Shown here piece after piece: positions 26,957 through 40,236 of a DNA stretch of 64,000 nt (position 1 is the first letter of the stretch; every line of letters starts with the position of its first letter). The notes beneath the pieces are model-generated. The model saw only the letters and a list, made by a program, of their open reading frames with translations, ran no database searches and was not told where the DNA came from. Source of the stretch: Acanthaster planci (lineage: Eukaryota); contig NW_019091360.1 of the NCBI RefSeq assembly GCF_001949145.1, forward strand, positions 2,291,599-2,355,598, written 5' to 3'. Made by a program: the position numbers and the translations under genes.

Positions 26957-28617
26957 CTCTGAACACAAATTTCATTATTAAATGTAATTACATTGAATGA
27001 TGAAAAGAAGCTCTTCGGTACTGGCCCTTACAGTCAGGGATGCTAGTTTGCAGGCAAAAGCCTAATTTAAGGCTTTCCTTTAAAAATGCTCGGCTAATTT
27101 CAGGTCTCTAACATGGTTAATTCATACAAGTACATGTATTTTGAGGCTGCTCTGATGTTCTTTTCAGTTCAGGCTCTGGATAACTTGACTGGCATCCCTG
27201 TACAGTGTTGCTGCTTGTGGCTTTTGCTGCAGAGAAGACAGAAAATAACTTTTGAAAATTTTATACAGTGGTTTTCAGGTACGGGCACGATGAATCGTTT
27301 TTGATTTGTGTATGATTTCTGTTTCCTTTGCTTGCGTGGGAAGGAATACCGGTAGATAAGGTTTTGAACTTTCGGTTAAAGAGATGTTTTAAAACATTTA
27401 CACAGTCAGTCTTCTTTAATGGTAATGAGTGATGGCATCGCTGTAAGTTGTAGGACAGTGATTTTGACCCCAGCAGAGATTCATCTCCGGAGAATTTCCG
27501 TCTAGAACCCCAAGTTTTTTTTACTCTGGAACCTGGTTGTTTGGCAGAATCCAGCAAATGACACCCTTGTCCTGCACCTGAAGGAAAAGAGTGGAAGAGT
27601 GACATTCATCATTGAGGGGTTCCACAATTTCTACGAATGATCCTAATCTAGCACCAAGAAGAGGCGGAACACCCTGTTTGTTGTTTGTCCTCTGCGCCTG
27701 TGGTGTTTCCGGTGCATTGAGTACATTTCAAGAGATATTTTTGGACAGTGTACATGTAGAGTGCTTTGTGGTCTGTGATTGTTGTCAAATTAAAGGAACT
27801 GGGTCGTTTAGAGAAGGCAGAAATTCATTACACAATGGCTGGTAACATTACTGCACAGTCTGTAGTGGCCTTGAAATGAAATTGGCATGTGTGTGTCCTT
27901 TCCTTTTTTATTAGATGATCATTTTTAAAGGGAAACGTTTGGCTGGTTACTGGCATCCCTTCTTGGTCTATGATGACTCTATTAGTACCGAAGTTGAGTA
28001 GTTGGTACAGTACCTGGTAATCTTTCATTATCGGGTTTGCCATTTTCCTCCTGGTTACATTTTTACATGGATTTACCAACTGCCAAAACTTTATCAGAAC
28101 TGCTGTACACATCAACAGAGACTGTACTTAACAAGAATCTTGGCATACTTAGTAATTAATTTTTATGAGACACGCTTGCCGTGCAATTTACTCTCCTTTT
28201 TGGATTTACTCATTTCTATCCCCTTTTGCATTAGATAAGTATTGAAAAGTGCACCTTTTAAACATTTAGAATTGTCCATGCTTTTCTGGACAACTGAAGG
28301 CACTGTTGCTGTGATGCCAATCAGAGAAAAAGAAATTCATTTTATTGGCCTTTCTATTGAAATTGTAATTGGTGCACATGTCAGTGTAAGATTGCGGGTT
28401 TCATCCCAGGATAACATCACTTTTTTGCTCATGAATATTGGAGTGCTCCTCAGCATTAGAACCAAAAAGACAGCAAAACACCCTTTACCATAGCCAAACA
28501 AAACTTAGAAATACATGTACGTTTCAGATGTGTGTGCTTTTAAGGATACATGAAAAAAACCGCCCCATTTCATAGGTCCTTTCAAATGTAGTGGAGAAGT
28601 ACATGTAGGTGTGTACA

Positions 28618-28914
28618 CAGGGTTCCTGCGGCCAGGAAAAGTTATGGAAAAGTCATGGAAATTTGTTTCATTTTCCAGGCCTGGAAAAGTCATGAAATTT
28701 GTGAAAATGACTAAAGTCATGGAAAAGTCAATGTATTTTTCCAACACAGTGTGTGATTTCTGTTACCAGATATAAGTGCATAAAATGTGTGGTTTTATTT
28801 GCAACTTTAAAAGTCCGCATAGTCCAAGAAATTGTGTTATTGGGTCGTGGATTTTCATAATTTGGTCATGAAAAAGTCATGGAATTTATTTGTCCTTTAG
28901 GTGCAGGAACCCTA
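28618..28914. mobile_element. MITE with CAGGGTTCCTGC TIRs and AAAAGTCATGGAA subrepeats (hAT-like)
   Basis: CAGGGTTCCTGC ... GCAGGAACCCT; repeated aagtcatggaa; TSD not clear. Confidence 0.8.
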
Positions 28915-31900
28915 TGTACAAAACGTGCGTAAGTAGCAGCAGAGTGGAAAATGTATCATGTAGGCCCTCTACATGTTCCTCTATTCTGTACATTAAGCAT
29001 CCCTCCCCTCAAAAAAAGAATGTACTTTGCTCTCAAACATACACCGTAGACAATATAATGTATGAACTGTCATACAGGCTACTTGACCTACCAGTATGTG
29101 GCACACACTGCATGAAAAGATCATACTCAGTATTGGGAGAGTGTTACCACACTGTACGAAAATAAAACTGGAGATGAATCGAGGGTAAAGTAAAGAATTG
29201 GGTTATGCAGAATGTGACAGTTGCAAGATAGTGATGGAAACAGGATACCAGTTTTGCATTGGGTCCTCAAATTCATTGCAGTTGAAATTGGATGGTTTCA
29301 TGAAAACCAAAACAGACTTGAGCCACCGCTTCAGTTTTCCCTGGTGTTGTTATCGTTGCCCTTTCCACAAGCTTTGATAGCACTCAGTGACTTCAGTCGG
29401 TCTCGGTGGGCGGCCTCATCAATGTGAGATTCTCCCACCCCATGGGGGACCCCGCACCTCTCTCAGATTCCCCTTGAAAGCTTGCTTCTGATAACAGTGC
29501 TATTTGCCATCTGAAATCAAGACCTCAATCTATCAATGTGCGATAGTCTGCCCAGAGAGGAGTGCAGTGACCCTGAAGATTCCGCCTCTCTGGTTTGGCC
29601 TGTGCTGTTCACTGTACTCACAATGTGTGATTGATCCCATGCTCTGTGTGGATTGGTACAGTGGAGTGGACATTTTACAGCTCATTGTACAGTTTGTAGA
29701 CATTTTATTCACGGTTATCAGCTACAGTCCTGATACGCATGTACATGTACAACACTGTCCTGTACATCAACTTGTAAAATGTATCTGTCATGTACAAGCA
29801 CATGTACGGTGACCAGTTTGTGTCAGCAATTTACTTCATGTTCCCCACACCAACCAAGGAACCCATACCAGATTGACACATGCACTAGTAACAGAGTAGC
29901 CATTTAATGCACAGTCCAGACTTTTCCCTAATAAGTGTACAATTCGCAACGTACCGGTACAGTACATGTTCCCATGTTACATACACTCACATACAAATGT
30001 ACATGTATTTGCTCCACAGATTTGGAGACTATTTACTTTACTTGTACAGTACATGTACATTCAACATTACGCTGATTGTGTGGGGGACAGAAAAGTCGTA
30101 GGGACAGCAGAAAGTTCCCATAACTCAGTCCTAATATGCCTAACAACGGAAAACTTTCCCTCAAGACCTACCCATTCATACATATGTGTACGTGGACCCA
30201 TACATGTACCAGTATGTACATTTCTCCATTTTAAGTACATGTACACAGCACACACAATATGCATTTTTTAGTCTCTGCATGATTACATGTACATTCCACA
30301 ATAGGATCATCATTCCATAGATTGGGATTCGAAACTTGCTGTCTGTGCAAAATTCTAATATGGTTTGATTGTGGATGCTGTTTTAGGGGCAGTGTTTGTG
30401 TTTTTCTTGCAGGTGTGCTGTTGTTCAAACCGTCCACTGGCACGTACATGTACTTACAATGGTCACCTTTGCTTTCATCATTTAGGCACACATGTAATTC
30501 TTTCACACTTGCATACTGCTGCACAGTACGAAGAGTTTCACTTGTACAGAGGATGGTATGTGCTTCCTTTTGGGGGTCCCTGTAAAAGCTTTTTTTTTTA
30601 CCTCTGATGGGGCTGTAACCTAGTGACATTGAGGGCAACCTCAGCATGACCTCATCTTTATAGAGGTCAATGTCACAGGGGACAGGCATTATTCTGCCAA
30701 ACCAAGTATATTGCCTGATTTTGTTGGCCCCAAGCTACCGGTACATGTACATGTGTACAGTACTTTCACCAGGTTAGAGAAATTGTGTAGTACCAATGCA
30801 TGATATTCACCTCAACTCCCTGGTCCTTGCCCCTCCCCCATGCATGTTCATATATGTAAAAATCATATTGAAATCAAAGGATAGAGGACTACCAGGGTAA
30901 GGGTGTGTAAAATCGCAATGATTCAGCGCTCACATCACAGAAATGTGTCACTTAACTTAAGGGTGCAAAGTGTTAGAAAGGAACTGCCTTTAAAATTCTT
31001 CACATTTCAAGACAGAAGGAAATGTGTTCATGTACATGTAAGTTCCCAAGGTTTGTCCTTCACTAGTGGAGGACATTTTCTGTCTGGGAGCTAATGACAT
31101 AAAATCATCTTCACCTACATGTGCACACGTTTCATTTACATGTGCACTTTTTTCTTATGTCGATTTATGAACTGTATACATTGTGAGTGGTGAGTCATTG
31201 GGTTGGCAGGAATGTTTGACATGCCTTGGATGCCAGTTACCCAACTCCTGGCGCATTCCTGACACCAGTGGGCGCTCTCCGGCTGCATAATTACCGTTAA
31301 TGTTCTCGTGGGTGGGCGTCTGCAATGTTGTGACATTCCATCTGGTTTTTTGAACTCCTCTCTGGAATGTGCACACGCTGTAATTACAGTGTGTACAGCT
31401 TAACCAACTAAAGCACATAATTATATGTGTACGTGTCACAAATTTGATGAGCAGATGTAGCTGGTTCTGTGGGTAAACATTATCTGGTTAAGCAATTTAG
31501 TAATTTGAAAAGTTACGAATCCCAATTTAATGTTTGAAATGTCACTTTCAAATGCACTGTCGGCCAGTTTAATCGTAAGCAGTATTTAAACTCTTGTGCA
31601 TCTTCCAATATGGAATTCTCGGTTGATAGGAAATATTTGGACGCATTCAGGATTGTGCAGCCTAGCCATTGTTACTTAATAAGGCAATAAAAGTGTGAAG
31701 GAGCTGTTTAAAATACAAAATATAAATATAGGGCTACATTGTTTGAAAGCAGATAGGGCTTTGGCAATGATAATGGACCTCACCATTATTCCCATTCATA
31801 CCTCTTTTGTTACCCAGATAATGACTAACGTGGCCGCTTCTCTTCGCATTTATAAACAAAAATATCTTTTTGGGAGTTCAGATCCACCACGAGAATGCTC

Positions 31901-33104
31901 AAAGTAAAAAAAAAATGCGTCAGTGAGGGCGGCAAACAAATCTAGCGATTTGATGATGTCATAATACGGCTCTTGTTCCCCCAGAGTTTCTTGACCTTGC
32001 AGCCGTAATAGGGGTTTTATTGCACAAGAACAGAGGGAAAAAAAGGTAAAGTAAGTTAGAGGTCATTCTCGGCAAATGACCGCGGCCATCTGCCTGAAAT
32101 TCATCAGGACCTTACTCTGGTCCAACTTTATTAAACGATGCAGTGTTGATCAACAATATTGATGGAAAAGCAATTTCAAGTCGCTCTCACTGTCCAAATG
32201 CTTTTTATTCACAGTTAAGTGTGAGCAAGCACAGCATTCACGCATGTGGGCGCATTCACCCCAAAATAATGAAACAGTCGCATAATTGCTGAGCCATGGT
32301 GTGATGTCATCAAAACAGGCTTCTATTGGATGCTCCTGACTACTTTCGTTTTCAGTTTGCCTTTAGTTTTTACCAACTAACTTGTTTTCAATATACCTAA
32401 ATTTCATAAAAATTCCAATTGTGAATTACCAATGTGATTGATCTTTAAAACCAGTGACATGTTGTACTGGTAGATTTATTGGTTGTTCAAAGCCCTCATT
32501 ACAGGCTCTTGACCAATAGGAATTGGTAAATTACCACCATTTTTTAATATGAATATCAACTACCACATTCATGTCCATGTAAAGGCAGGGTCTACATACA
32601 AGTTTCAATAAGGTGCTCCTTTTAACCTGTATTTGTTTTGCAATACACTACTAGATTTAAAGAATACTGCTATACTGGTGCTGTTAGTCAGCAGCATAGT
32701 GATGGATTAAGGGTACTTCGAAAGTTCCTCGAAAAAAAGTGCCCAGAGAGTTGGGGTCAGTCATTCCCCAAACCCACAATGAATTGAGATTTTCAGGTGA
32801 CTCAGAAACTGTATACACACATTGCGTTAATGGTTTGTTGTTCCCAGAATAACATACATGAATGCCAGAGATACATTGATATGACATTACCATTGTTGTC
32901 AGTGCGTCACCACTCAAAACTTCGAAGTATATTTATGCACATGTACAATGTAGGCCTTTACATGGTGGGCCGTTTATTGGAAGCCTGCATTTCTTGGGGA
33001 GTGTTGCCCAAAAGTGGCCTTCACACTCAAACCAACCAGTGCTATCCAACATTGTACAGTATATTCTCTACATGCACATGCACATACACAACTATTACCC
33101 AGAG

Positions 33105-34054
33105 TAGGGATCAGCCGATGATCGGATTGGACATCATATTGGGGCGAAGTGCGGCAACTTCAGCTAAACAGCGGATCGCCAAATTTAACCCTCCTTGCCT
33201 ATATGAGTATCAATGTTAAATTGAAAAAAGAGGAACAAACTCTGCACTCAGTTTTCATGAACGCAAATGTCATATTTTTATTTAAGCATGAATAAAAACG
33301 GTGTTTTTCATTTGGTGAGATAAATGAACAGTTAAACCATGGCTAAACCTATATAAAGTATCCCCGAAAATTACATCTTCGAGATCTGTGCCATAGCAAC
33401 TCGCAGACCCAAGGAGCAGTCAGTGTACATGTTGACCATTTTCATTGACCACCACGAAAAAAGCCAGGGAACTACACCGCGTGTGGCACCACGAGGTGTT
33501 GTGTGACCGGTCTGAAGGTACATGTGGCCTGCGATTTAGTCTATATACTCAATGCGTGCTGGACACACGACACGCACCTGTGCCGTTGGCATGATGAAGA
33601 CACTAACGTGAGTGGCAAAGCCACGAACCGAGCATGGTGCACCGGTACCATGCGCGCCTTGATTAAAGGCTAGCCGTGATTCAGCCCCAGGTTCTGTGTG
33701 TCTATTCTGCATGTACTATACCGTACATGTATGCAGTTCGTGCCTTAGGTTTGCATACAACGGAGCACTATCGGTATCGTGTGAGTGGCGATATGATGTA
33801 CACAATTCTCTCAACTCAGTGACAGTAAAGGCAAAAAAACTAATCCTATTACCGATAATGTTTAAACTGACATAAATTTTAAGGGAGTACGCAGGTTTTG
33901 CATTGTTATGAGCAGGCCTACATGTATGTATATGCATCCTGTTAAGGTTGCATTTTCAGTAAAAAATATCGGATAGGATTGGACATCAGCCGATCTTCCA
34001 ATTAAAACCTTGGAAATCGGATTGGCAGTTAAAACCTACATCGGTTGATCCCTA
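33105..34054. mobile_element. Non-autonomous hAT-type DNA transposon (950 bp)
   Basis: TIR TAGGGATCAGCCGATG / CATCGGTTGATCCCTA (15/16); perfect 8-bp TSD ACCCAGAG (33097-33104, 34055-34062). Confidence 0.92.
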
Positions 34055-36133
34055 ACCCAGAGTATTGATGTTATTAATTAAGCATACATATATGCAACTG
34101 GATACTGTCATTTGAGCATTCTGCACCGTTTGTGCCCCCCTTTCCAATACTGTATATCCATGGCAAATTGTATGTAGATTTGACTGTGATATACCTGAGC
34201 TCCCTGTGACAAAACCACATGTCCATTTTTTCCTACAGTAACTTGCTTTGAACTTCAGTCAACTGGATTATGCTTAGTATGAATATTGTTACATGTACAC
34301 TCTAAACTCTGCACAGAAAAATCAAACAAACACAAGGAGAAAAATAGCAGAGTTGACCCGTTGTATCAGCAAGCTTTTTTTCCCCATTCTGTTCAGGAAA
34401 TAATTTGTACCTTGCCCCACCAGGGCTTTGTTCAATTTATCACGGGTAAATAGTGTGATAATGAGGATGTTGTCATTGAGGAACGTGTGAATATGTGTCT
34501 TTGTCTGGGAAAAGGGTAAAAGATGGGCAAACAATGGACTGAGATGTGTGAGGGAAGCTACTTTAGGCTGACCTAGGCTGAGGTGCTGCATGGTGTTTTC
34601 CAAGTTTGGTGATAACTTCAACATCAGGGAGTCAAAAATTGAATTCCTGTAGAATTCAAGTGACTTGAACAAATGGACGTTGATTGATCCACTGTGCACA
34701 AGTACAATTCATGTTCTGCATACAGTATACGATAGCATTGACCAATGCAGTAATTCCATGCCCCACCTGCAGTATTGCTATGTGATTGTACTGTTGATGA
34801 AGTGGCTTTTTGTCATACACACTGTGGTACTACATGTACATTCAATATCTGGAGACAAGATTTCTTAACAGTCTTAAATTAATTTTGGGGGGGGGTAGGG
34901 TTGAAATTGTTACAAAGGCAACTACCATACATTTACATAAACATTTATTTGCAGCAAAACAGCTGTGCGTATGAATTGAGGTTAAAACCAAAATGTAATC
35001 CAAGTCTTGCAAAATCTTCTTCTGACAGAGTTATTAAACCATAGCCCTCCAAAAGTGACAAAAACTGAACGGGAATGTACCCTCGTTCCTTCCGAATTAA
35101 TGAAACTATATGTACATGTAGAGGCTTGCATAATAACACCATAGTGTAGATTTTGAGAGAGTGAAGGTCTGTCCAAAGACTTACAATAATACAGAAAGCA
35201 AGTTCATTAAAAGTGCACCTCAACAAATTTAAATGCTGCGTCAATTACTATAGCTGATAAGGTGTTTTACATGCAAAGTGCACACCTGTGCTCATGTACA
35301 GTAAAACAAAACATGCGCTTGAGTTAAAAATGCAATTACTGTGAATGATAGGCCTATGTACATGTACTTAAAATTCCCAGCCAGAGTGGCAAGGAAATGC
35401 ATCAGGATTTATGTGTAGCGTGTTTTTCTAACATAACTGAGAGTGCAGTCGCCCCATGGATTACACAGGCAATGTGTGACGCTCAGGTGTTTATGTGTCT
35501 CTGAGAACTATTGTGGTAATGAGTGTGGATTACAAAGCTCGATGGGATTCTGTTACACTTGCATTTTTGTCTCCAAGACAAAGAAGAACATTAAAATGGC
35601 AGTTTTGTTGCCATTGAAAACGTGTTATTCTTTAATTAAGGTAGAATATAAAAATGTGCATCAAGTTATGTAATGTACAACTGAACAGTATACACGCGGT
35701 GCATTGTACAGTGTACATATGTGAAAGTCATTGTTTGAAAGTGAAGTGCATTTGAAAAATCACATTAAATGAGAGTATTGGAATGTTCGTTGTTAAGCAG
35801 AAAAAGGCACAACAAATATGGTCTTTTCCTTTGGTTCAAATTCAGGTAATTTTGAGTATATCTGTAACTGCTTGATATTTCAGGAAGAGAACATGGAAAG
35901 AATGAGTGCCATACATTGCTGGCACCTGAAATAGTTTGCATAATCATCTTTGGATTTAAATGTACATATAACAAAGTGGTAATTATGGTCATTCTGTACC
36001 CGTAGTTTCTCTTGGATGAATATTTGATTGTCAGTGTTCTTTCCAAGTTTGTCATGTGTACACCTCGTGAAAGTCAGTTTTTTTTCCCCTCATTGTAAAA
36101 GTCATGAATCTCTCCTTTTTTTCTTATTCTCAG

Positions 36134-36252
36134 GTATCTTGTAGACAATGGGGCCAATGTTGCAGCTGTTAATAATGAGGGGGAAATCCCCTTGGACCTG
36201 GCTGAAGAGGAGGACATGGAAGAGTATCTACAAAACATCATTGACAAGCTGG
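36134..36252 (+). CDS. PPP1R12A: MYPT exon 3 (ankyrin), 119 nt
   Basis: ttcttattctcag acceptor; YLVDNGANVAAVNNEGEIPLDLAEEEDMEEYLQNIIDKL; donor GTAAGG, phase 1. Confidence 0.97.
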
Positions 36253-36494
36253 GTAAGGGGAGGTCACAGGGTCACTGGAGTAGGGCTTGTGGGGTGGGCG
36301 GAGTGTAAAAATGTAAAAGAAGGTGGATTGCAGATGGAGTGCATTAAATCAAAATGTAGGAAGCAACAAGGTAAAATTATGAGATTTTGTAATGAAAATT
36401 AAAACAAACATTTAAAATAATGGGTTTGTTTGGATTTTAACATTGGAAGTTGTAAAATCTCCACAAAAAAATGTAAAATTACTTTGGTTCACAG

Positions 36495-36654
36495 GTCTTG
36501 ATGTTGAAAATGCCAGGAATGAGGAAGAACAACGCATGTTGACTGATGCCAACCAGTGGCTCAACACGAAAAATATTAAAGAGAAGCGACATCCAAAGTC
36601 TGGTGCCACAGCACTCCACGTGGCCGCTGCCAAAGGTTATATAAAAGTTATGAG
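36495..36654 (+). CDS. PPP1R12A: MYPT exon 4, 160 nt
   Basis: ttcacag acceptor; GLDVENARNEEEQRMLTDANQWL...SGATALHVAAAKGYIKVM; donor GTGAGA, phase 2. Confidence 0.97.
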
Positions 36655-37125
36655 GTGAGACTTTCCAGGTGCCAGGTTACCTTCTCAACACTTACTAGAT
36701 TTTAATTCAGTCATTTCCGGTGCTCTTTGACAACATTGTCAAAACAAGATGAGAAAATAAAATTTTGTATTGAACCATTTTCCTGGTTACGCGCTGGTAG
36801 TCACATATTCTTTTAACAGATTAAATTGTCCCAATGTGTCCTGTGTCCACAGTTATTGGTTTCATATGCAACAATTTCATAAATACAGATATCTTTTTTA
36901 AGGGAAAAAGTTATCTCCTCTGCTTGAAAGCTGTTATTAGGTTCATAGTGAATGTACACTATCTTAAAACAGTGAAGACTTTTGTAACTACCTCAACAAA
37001 ATTTATTTTGAGGCTACCGGAAAATATAGGATATTTCTGTTTCCCTGCCTGCCCTCCCCAATGCTTGCATTTTAAATATATATAATTTAGATTCTGTGTT
37101 CTGTTAATCTTTTCTGTTCCTGCAG

Positions 37126-37270
37126 TATTCTTATACAAGCCGGCGCCAACGTTGACGAAATAGACAACGATGGGTGGACGCCACTCCACGCCGCATCGCA
37201 CTGGGGGCAGAAGGAGGCTGTGGAATCACTAGTGGAGAATATGTGCGACATGGACCACAAAAACAAACTT
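37126..37270 (+). CDS. PPP1R12A: MYPT exon 5 (ankyrin), 145 nt
   Basis: ttcctgcag acceptor; ILIQAGANVDEIDNDGWTPLHAASHWGQKEAVESLVENMCDMDHKNKL; donor GTAGGT, phase 0. Confidence 0.97.
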
Positions 37271-37776
37271 GTAGGTGACATTTCACTTGGTAACCTGACT
37301 GATCGTGGCACAGTGTGGAATGGGACAGGAGTGACCTGTATGCCTTTGACTAACACATTGAATCTCCAACTCCTCAGGCATTGTGTATCTGAATCCTTGG
37401 AAATGTCCAATAATCGGGAATCCAGTGATGTCTTCTTCACACCAAAGCTTTCAAGGAGTATCAAAAACCCATTGTAAAGTAATAGTCAGTGGGCTTTACT
37501 TTGAGTGATCTTGTCCAATTCTCCACCACCTCTTGGTGGATTTGTCAGGAGAAGGGTAATTGTTCAGGGCCACCGGCCTTGCGAAAATGCCTGAAGCCTC
37601 ATTCCAGTCATGGATTGGCAACTAAGGTGTCTGACCTCCGTTTCCAATCCCAGTCCCTTACCAGGGAGACTGTTAAAATCTTCAACAATCACTTCCAAGT
37701 TAGCCTGCACGTACGCATTACCAAAGGAAGATGGTCAACATATTGATATGATTCATCTACGTTCGTATTTCCTCAG

Positions 37777-37851
37777 GGTCAGACTGCCTTTGACCTGGCC
37801 GACGACGAAATGTTGAAGTGGTTAGAAGAACTGAAAAAGAAACAAGCTTCT
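37777..37851 (+). CDS. PPP1R12A: MYPT exon 6, 75 nt
   Basis: tttcctcag acceptor; GQTAFDLADDEMLKWLEELKKKQAS; donor GTGAGT, phase 0. Confidence 0.96.
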
Positions 37852-38449
37852 GTGAGTAGTGTCAGTCTTGGAATTCCTTTACTCGGTCAATTTTGGGGAA
37901 CATTCACAAAACTCCAAACATCAGATATTTTTGGAATGTGAGCAAATACCATTGGTGATACCCAGAAAATGCAATTGTTCCCACGCGGGCGTCTTTTAGA
38001 AATGTGAACATCTTTGAGTTGTGAGTGACATGTCTGAGTTTTGAGTAATGTTTTTGAGTTTTGAGATCCTCCTCAAAATTAATGGGCCGAGTTGAATTTG
38101 AATTCATCAGTCTTTGTCAGTCTGTCCTCGGGTAGACTAAGCCAAGTCTTTTGACAGAAGTTGAAAGATGGGAAATTGGATACCATTCTTATTTACTTCA
38201 GTGAGCAGAGCATTATTTGTTTATCTGTGTTGTGAATCTGTAGGCCTTTTGTTTTTGAATGAGGCCAATGTTTGCCACAAAGGCCACTCGCCTTTGTTGC
38301 AAAGTAGTCTTGGCCAAGTGTCCCGAATGACACTTGTGGAGAGTGATGAATCCTCAATGATGATGCTCATCACCAGGTTGTAAATGCCTCACGTGATGTT
38401 GCAAAATTGTGTTGATTAGAAAATGAGAAGCTTTTTCTTTCTGGGATAG

Positions 38450-38517
38450 TTGAAGAAAGAAGAGAAGCCATCTGCTCCAAGAATTGAAGCTAAGAACCCT
38501 CCACCCTTCAAGAGAAG
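38450..38517 (+). CDS. PPP1R12A: MYPT exon 7, 68 nt
   Basis: ctttttctttctgggatag acceptor; LKKEEKPSAPRIEAKNPPPFKR; donor GTATGC; phase 0 to 2 fits both neighbours. Confidence 0.85.
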
Positions 38518-40197
38518 GTATGCTTGAATATTTATTTACTCTTCTGAAATTTCATGTCAGTTACTGTCTGTGGATTCAGTTTCTTTTTTTTTTCATTTGT
38601 TAAACTATATACTGAAACAAAAGCTTTGCTGATCATGCTCAATTTTTTTCATATCTCTTTCAGAATTCTAGAAAAAAATAACCAAAACTGAAAGAAGAAC
38701 AAAACTCAAACGAAACAAAAACATTACTTTTTCGCAAGCGTATGAGAAAAACACCTGTTCACTTTAAAAGTTCATGGCTTCAGTAAATATAGTCCAGTCA
38801 AGTTCTCTCCTTTATTTTGGTTTATTAGTGTGTGTGTGTTTCATGAAGCTTTACTTTGCGGCTTTGTGGTTGAATTTCTTTTTCGTTCTTTTTGGTTCAC
38901 CATTTGGTGTGCTGTAGCATGACAAGGCCGTGTGAAGTTAAACAGATAATCGCTTTCTGAAATTGAATGAAAGACATATTGAAAAGAAGAGGCCTGAGGT
39001 CAAATTGTGTTCATTGTTGATTTTGTGCCCTTTGAAGCATTAACCCAGCAGATCAGTATTTCACAAAACATCGATTCCAAAGCACCGGCGTTGCCCAGTT
39101 TGAGTTCTCAGACAATCAACAACACCCGTTGAACATGTGAACAGAGTCAAAAAAGCACTGTTCCCCCCAAAAACCGATAAAACCAGAATGAGGCATGTTT
39201 AAACAATTAAGGACTACACGCCTATTTTTTGTATTAGGTGTAACAAACGTGTACATGAAGCTGATTGACGTGTGCTTTCCAAACAGTAGTGACTTGAATT
39301 GTTATTAACCTGTAGTTGGACTACACGAGTTGAAATTTGGGTCAAAGTCAAACTTCAAAAGCCGGCCATATTCATCCCAATGCTGTGTGAGAACTTTGTT
39401 CCTTTTTTTAGCATCCCGCAGCACGATTTGGCTTCACCTGTGTGCGCTCTTAATCCAATATGGCCGACTTTTGACAAGTTTTACCGTACGCTGGGAACTT
39501 GTGTGCAGCTGTTTGAACTTTCTCACTGTTCACTTTCATTCAGGTCACAGCCATGTCATTACATTCGCTGAGATGTGCTCTGCTATATTTCTGTCTACAC
39601 ATGCACATGTAGTGCTCTCATTTTTCATATAGTTTTTATTGATTATTGTCAAAGCATTTCGGAAAACATTTCGTCCTCTCAAATTAAACAAAAGCATGAC
39701 TTCTAGAAAGCAAAGCTATAGTTTTTAGAGCCAGATCTTTTTCAAAACTTCCATGAAAAGTGGAATTTTTTGACAAACTGTTTGCTTGTAGTGAAAGCAT
39801 CACACCTACTCTTGATTGTGAATACAGTGTACAATGTACTTAATTTGCATGTGACATTTACTAGACATTTAGAGCGCCCCCATTCAGTAGCTTATGTACA
39901 TGTAGATTTAATCAGTCCTATAATCATCGGATGTACTTCAACATTGTCTGTCAGTAAATTCTGTCATGCACACATTCCCTACAGTTTGATTTTACGTCAT
40001 GACAATTTCCTTCCATTCTCAAGTTCAATCAGCACTTCATTTGCACTCATAGACCAAAGCTGATGAATATACTGTGCTATTCTCTTTCCTTCCTAGGAAT
40101 TCTAAAATGGATACTGTAAAACTTGTAACATCTATTTCCATTCCATTTTTTTCCCCTCCAATGCCTTCTTTTCTTTATCTGGTTCTCTGGTGGTTAG

Positions 40198-40236
40198 AAC
40201 GGCAAGTAGTCTCAAAAATCGTCCTGAGATGAATTG
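40198..40236 (+). CDS. PPP1R12A: Candidate 39-nt cassette exon (TASSLKNRPEMN)
   Basis: About 100-nt AG-free pyrimidine-rich tract then TAG; open in phase 2-2; weak donor GTAGAT. Confidence 0.45.

Noticed and set aside
25791..34054. Autonomous transposase genes within the two hAT-type elements
   Set aside because: Both elements are about 1 kb with only short ORFs and no DDE or BED motifs.
35820..35851. CAG|GTAATT as a recursive splice site in intron 2 (similar AG|GT strings near 2951, 19268 and 30412)
   Set aside because: Weak tract or donor, or no known + strand transcript at that position; expected by chance.
40097..40130. Exon after the ttccttcctag acceptor ending at 40096
   Set aside because: Nearby donors (GTAAAA, GTAACA) are weak and give the wrong phase for exon 8.
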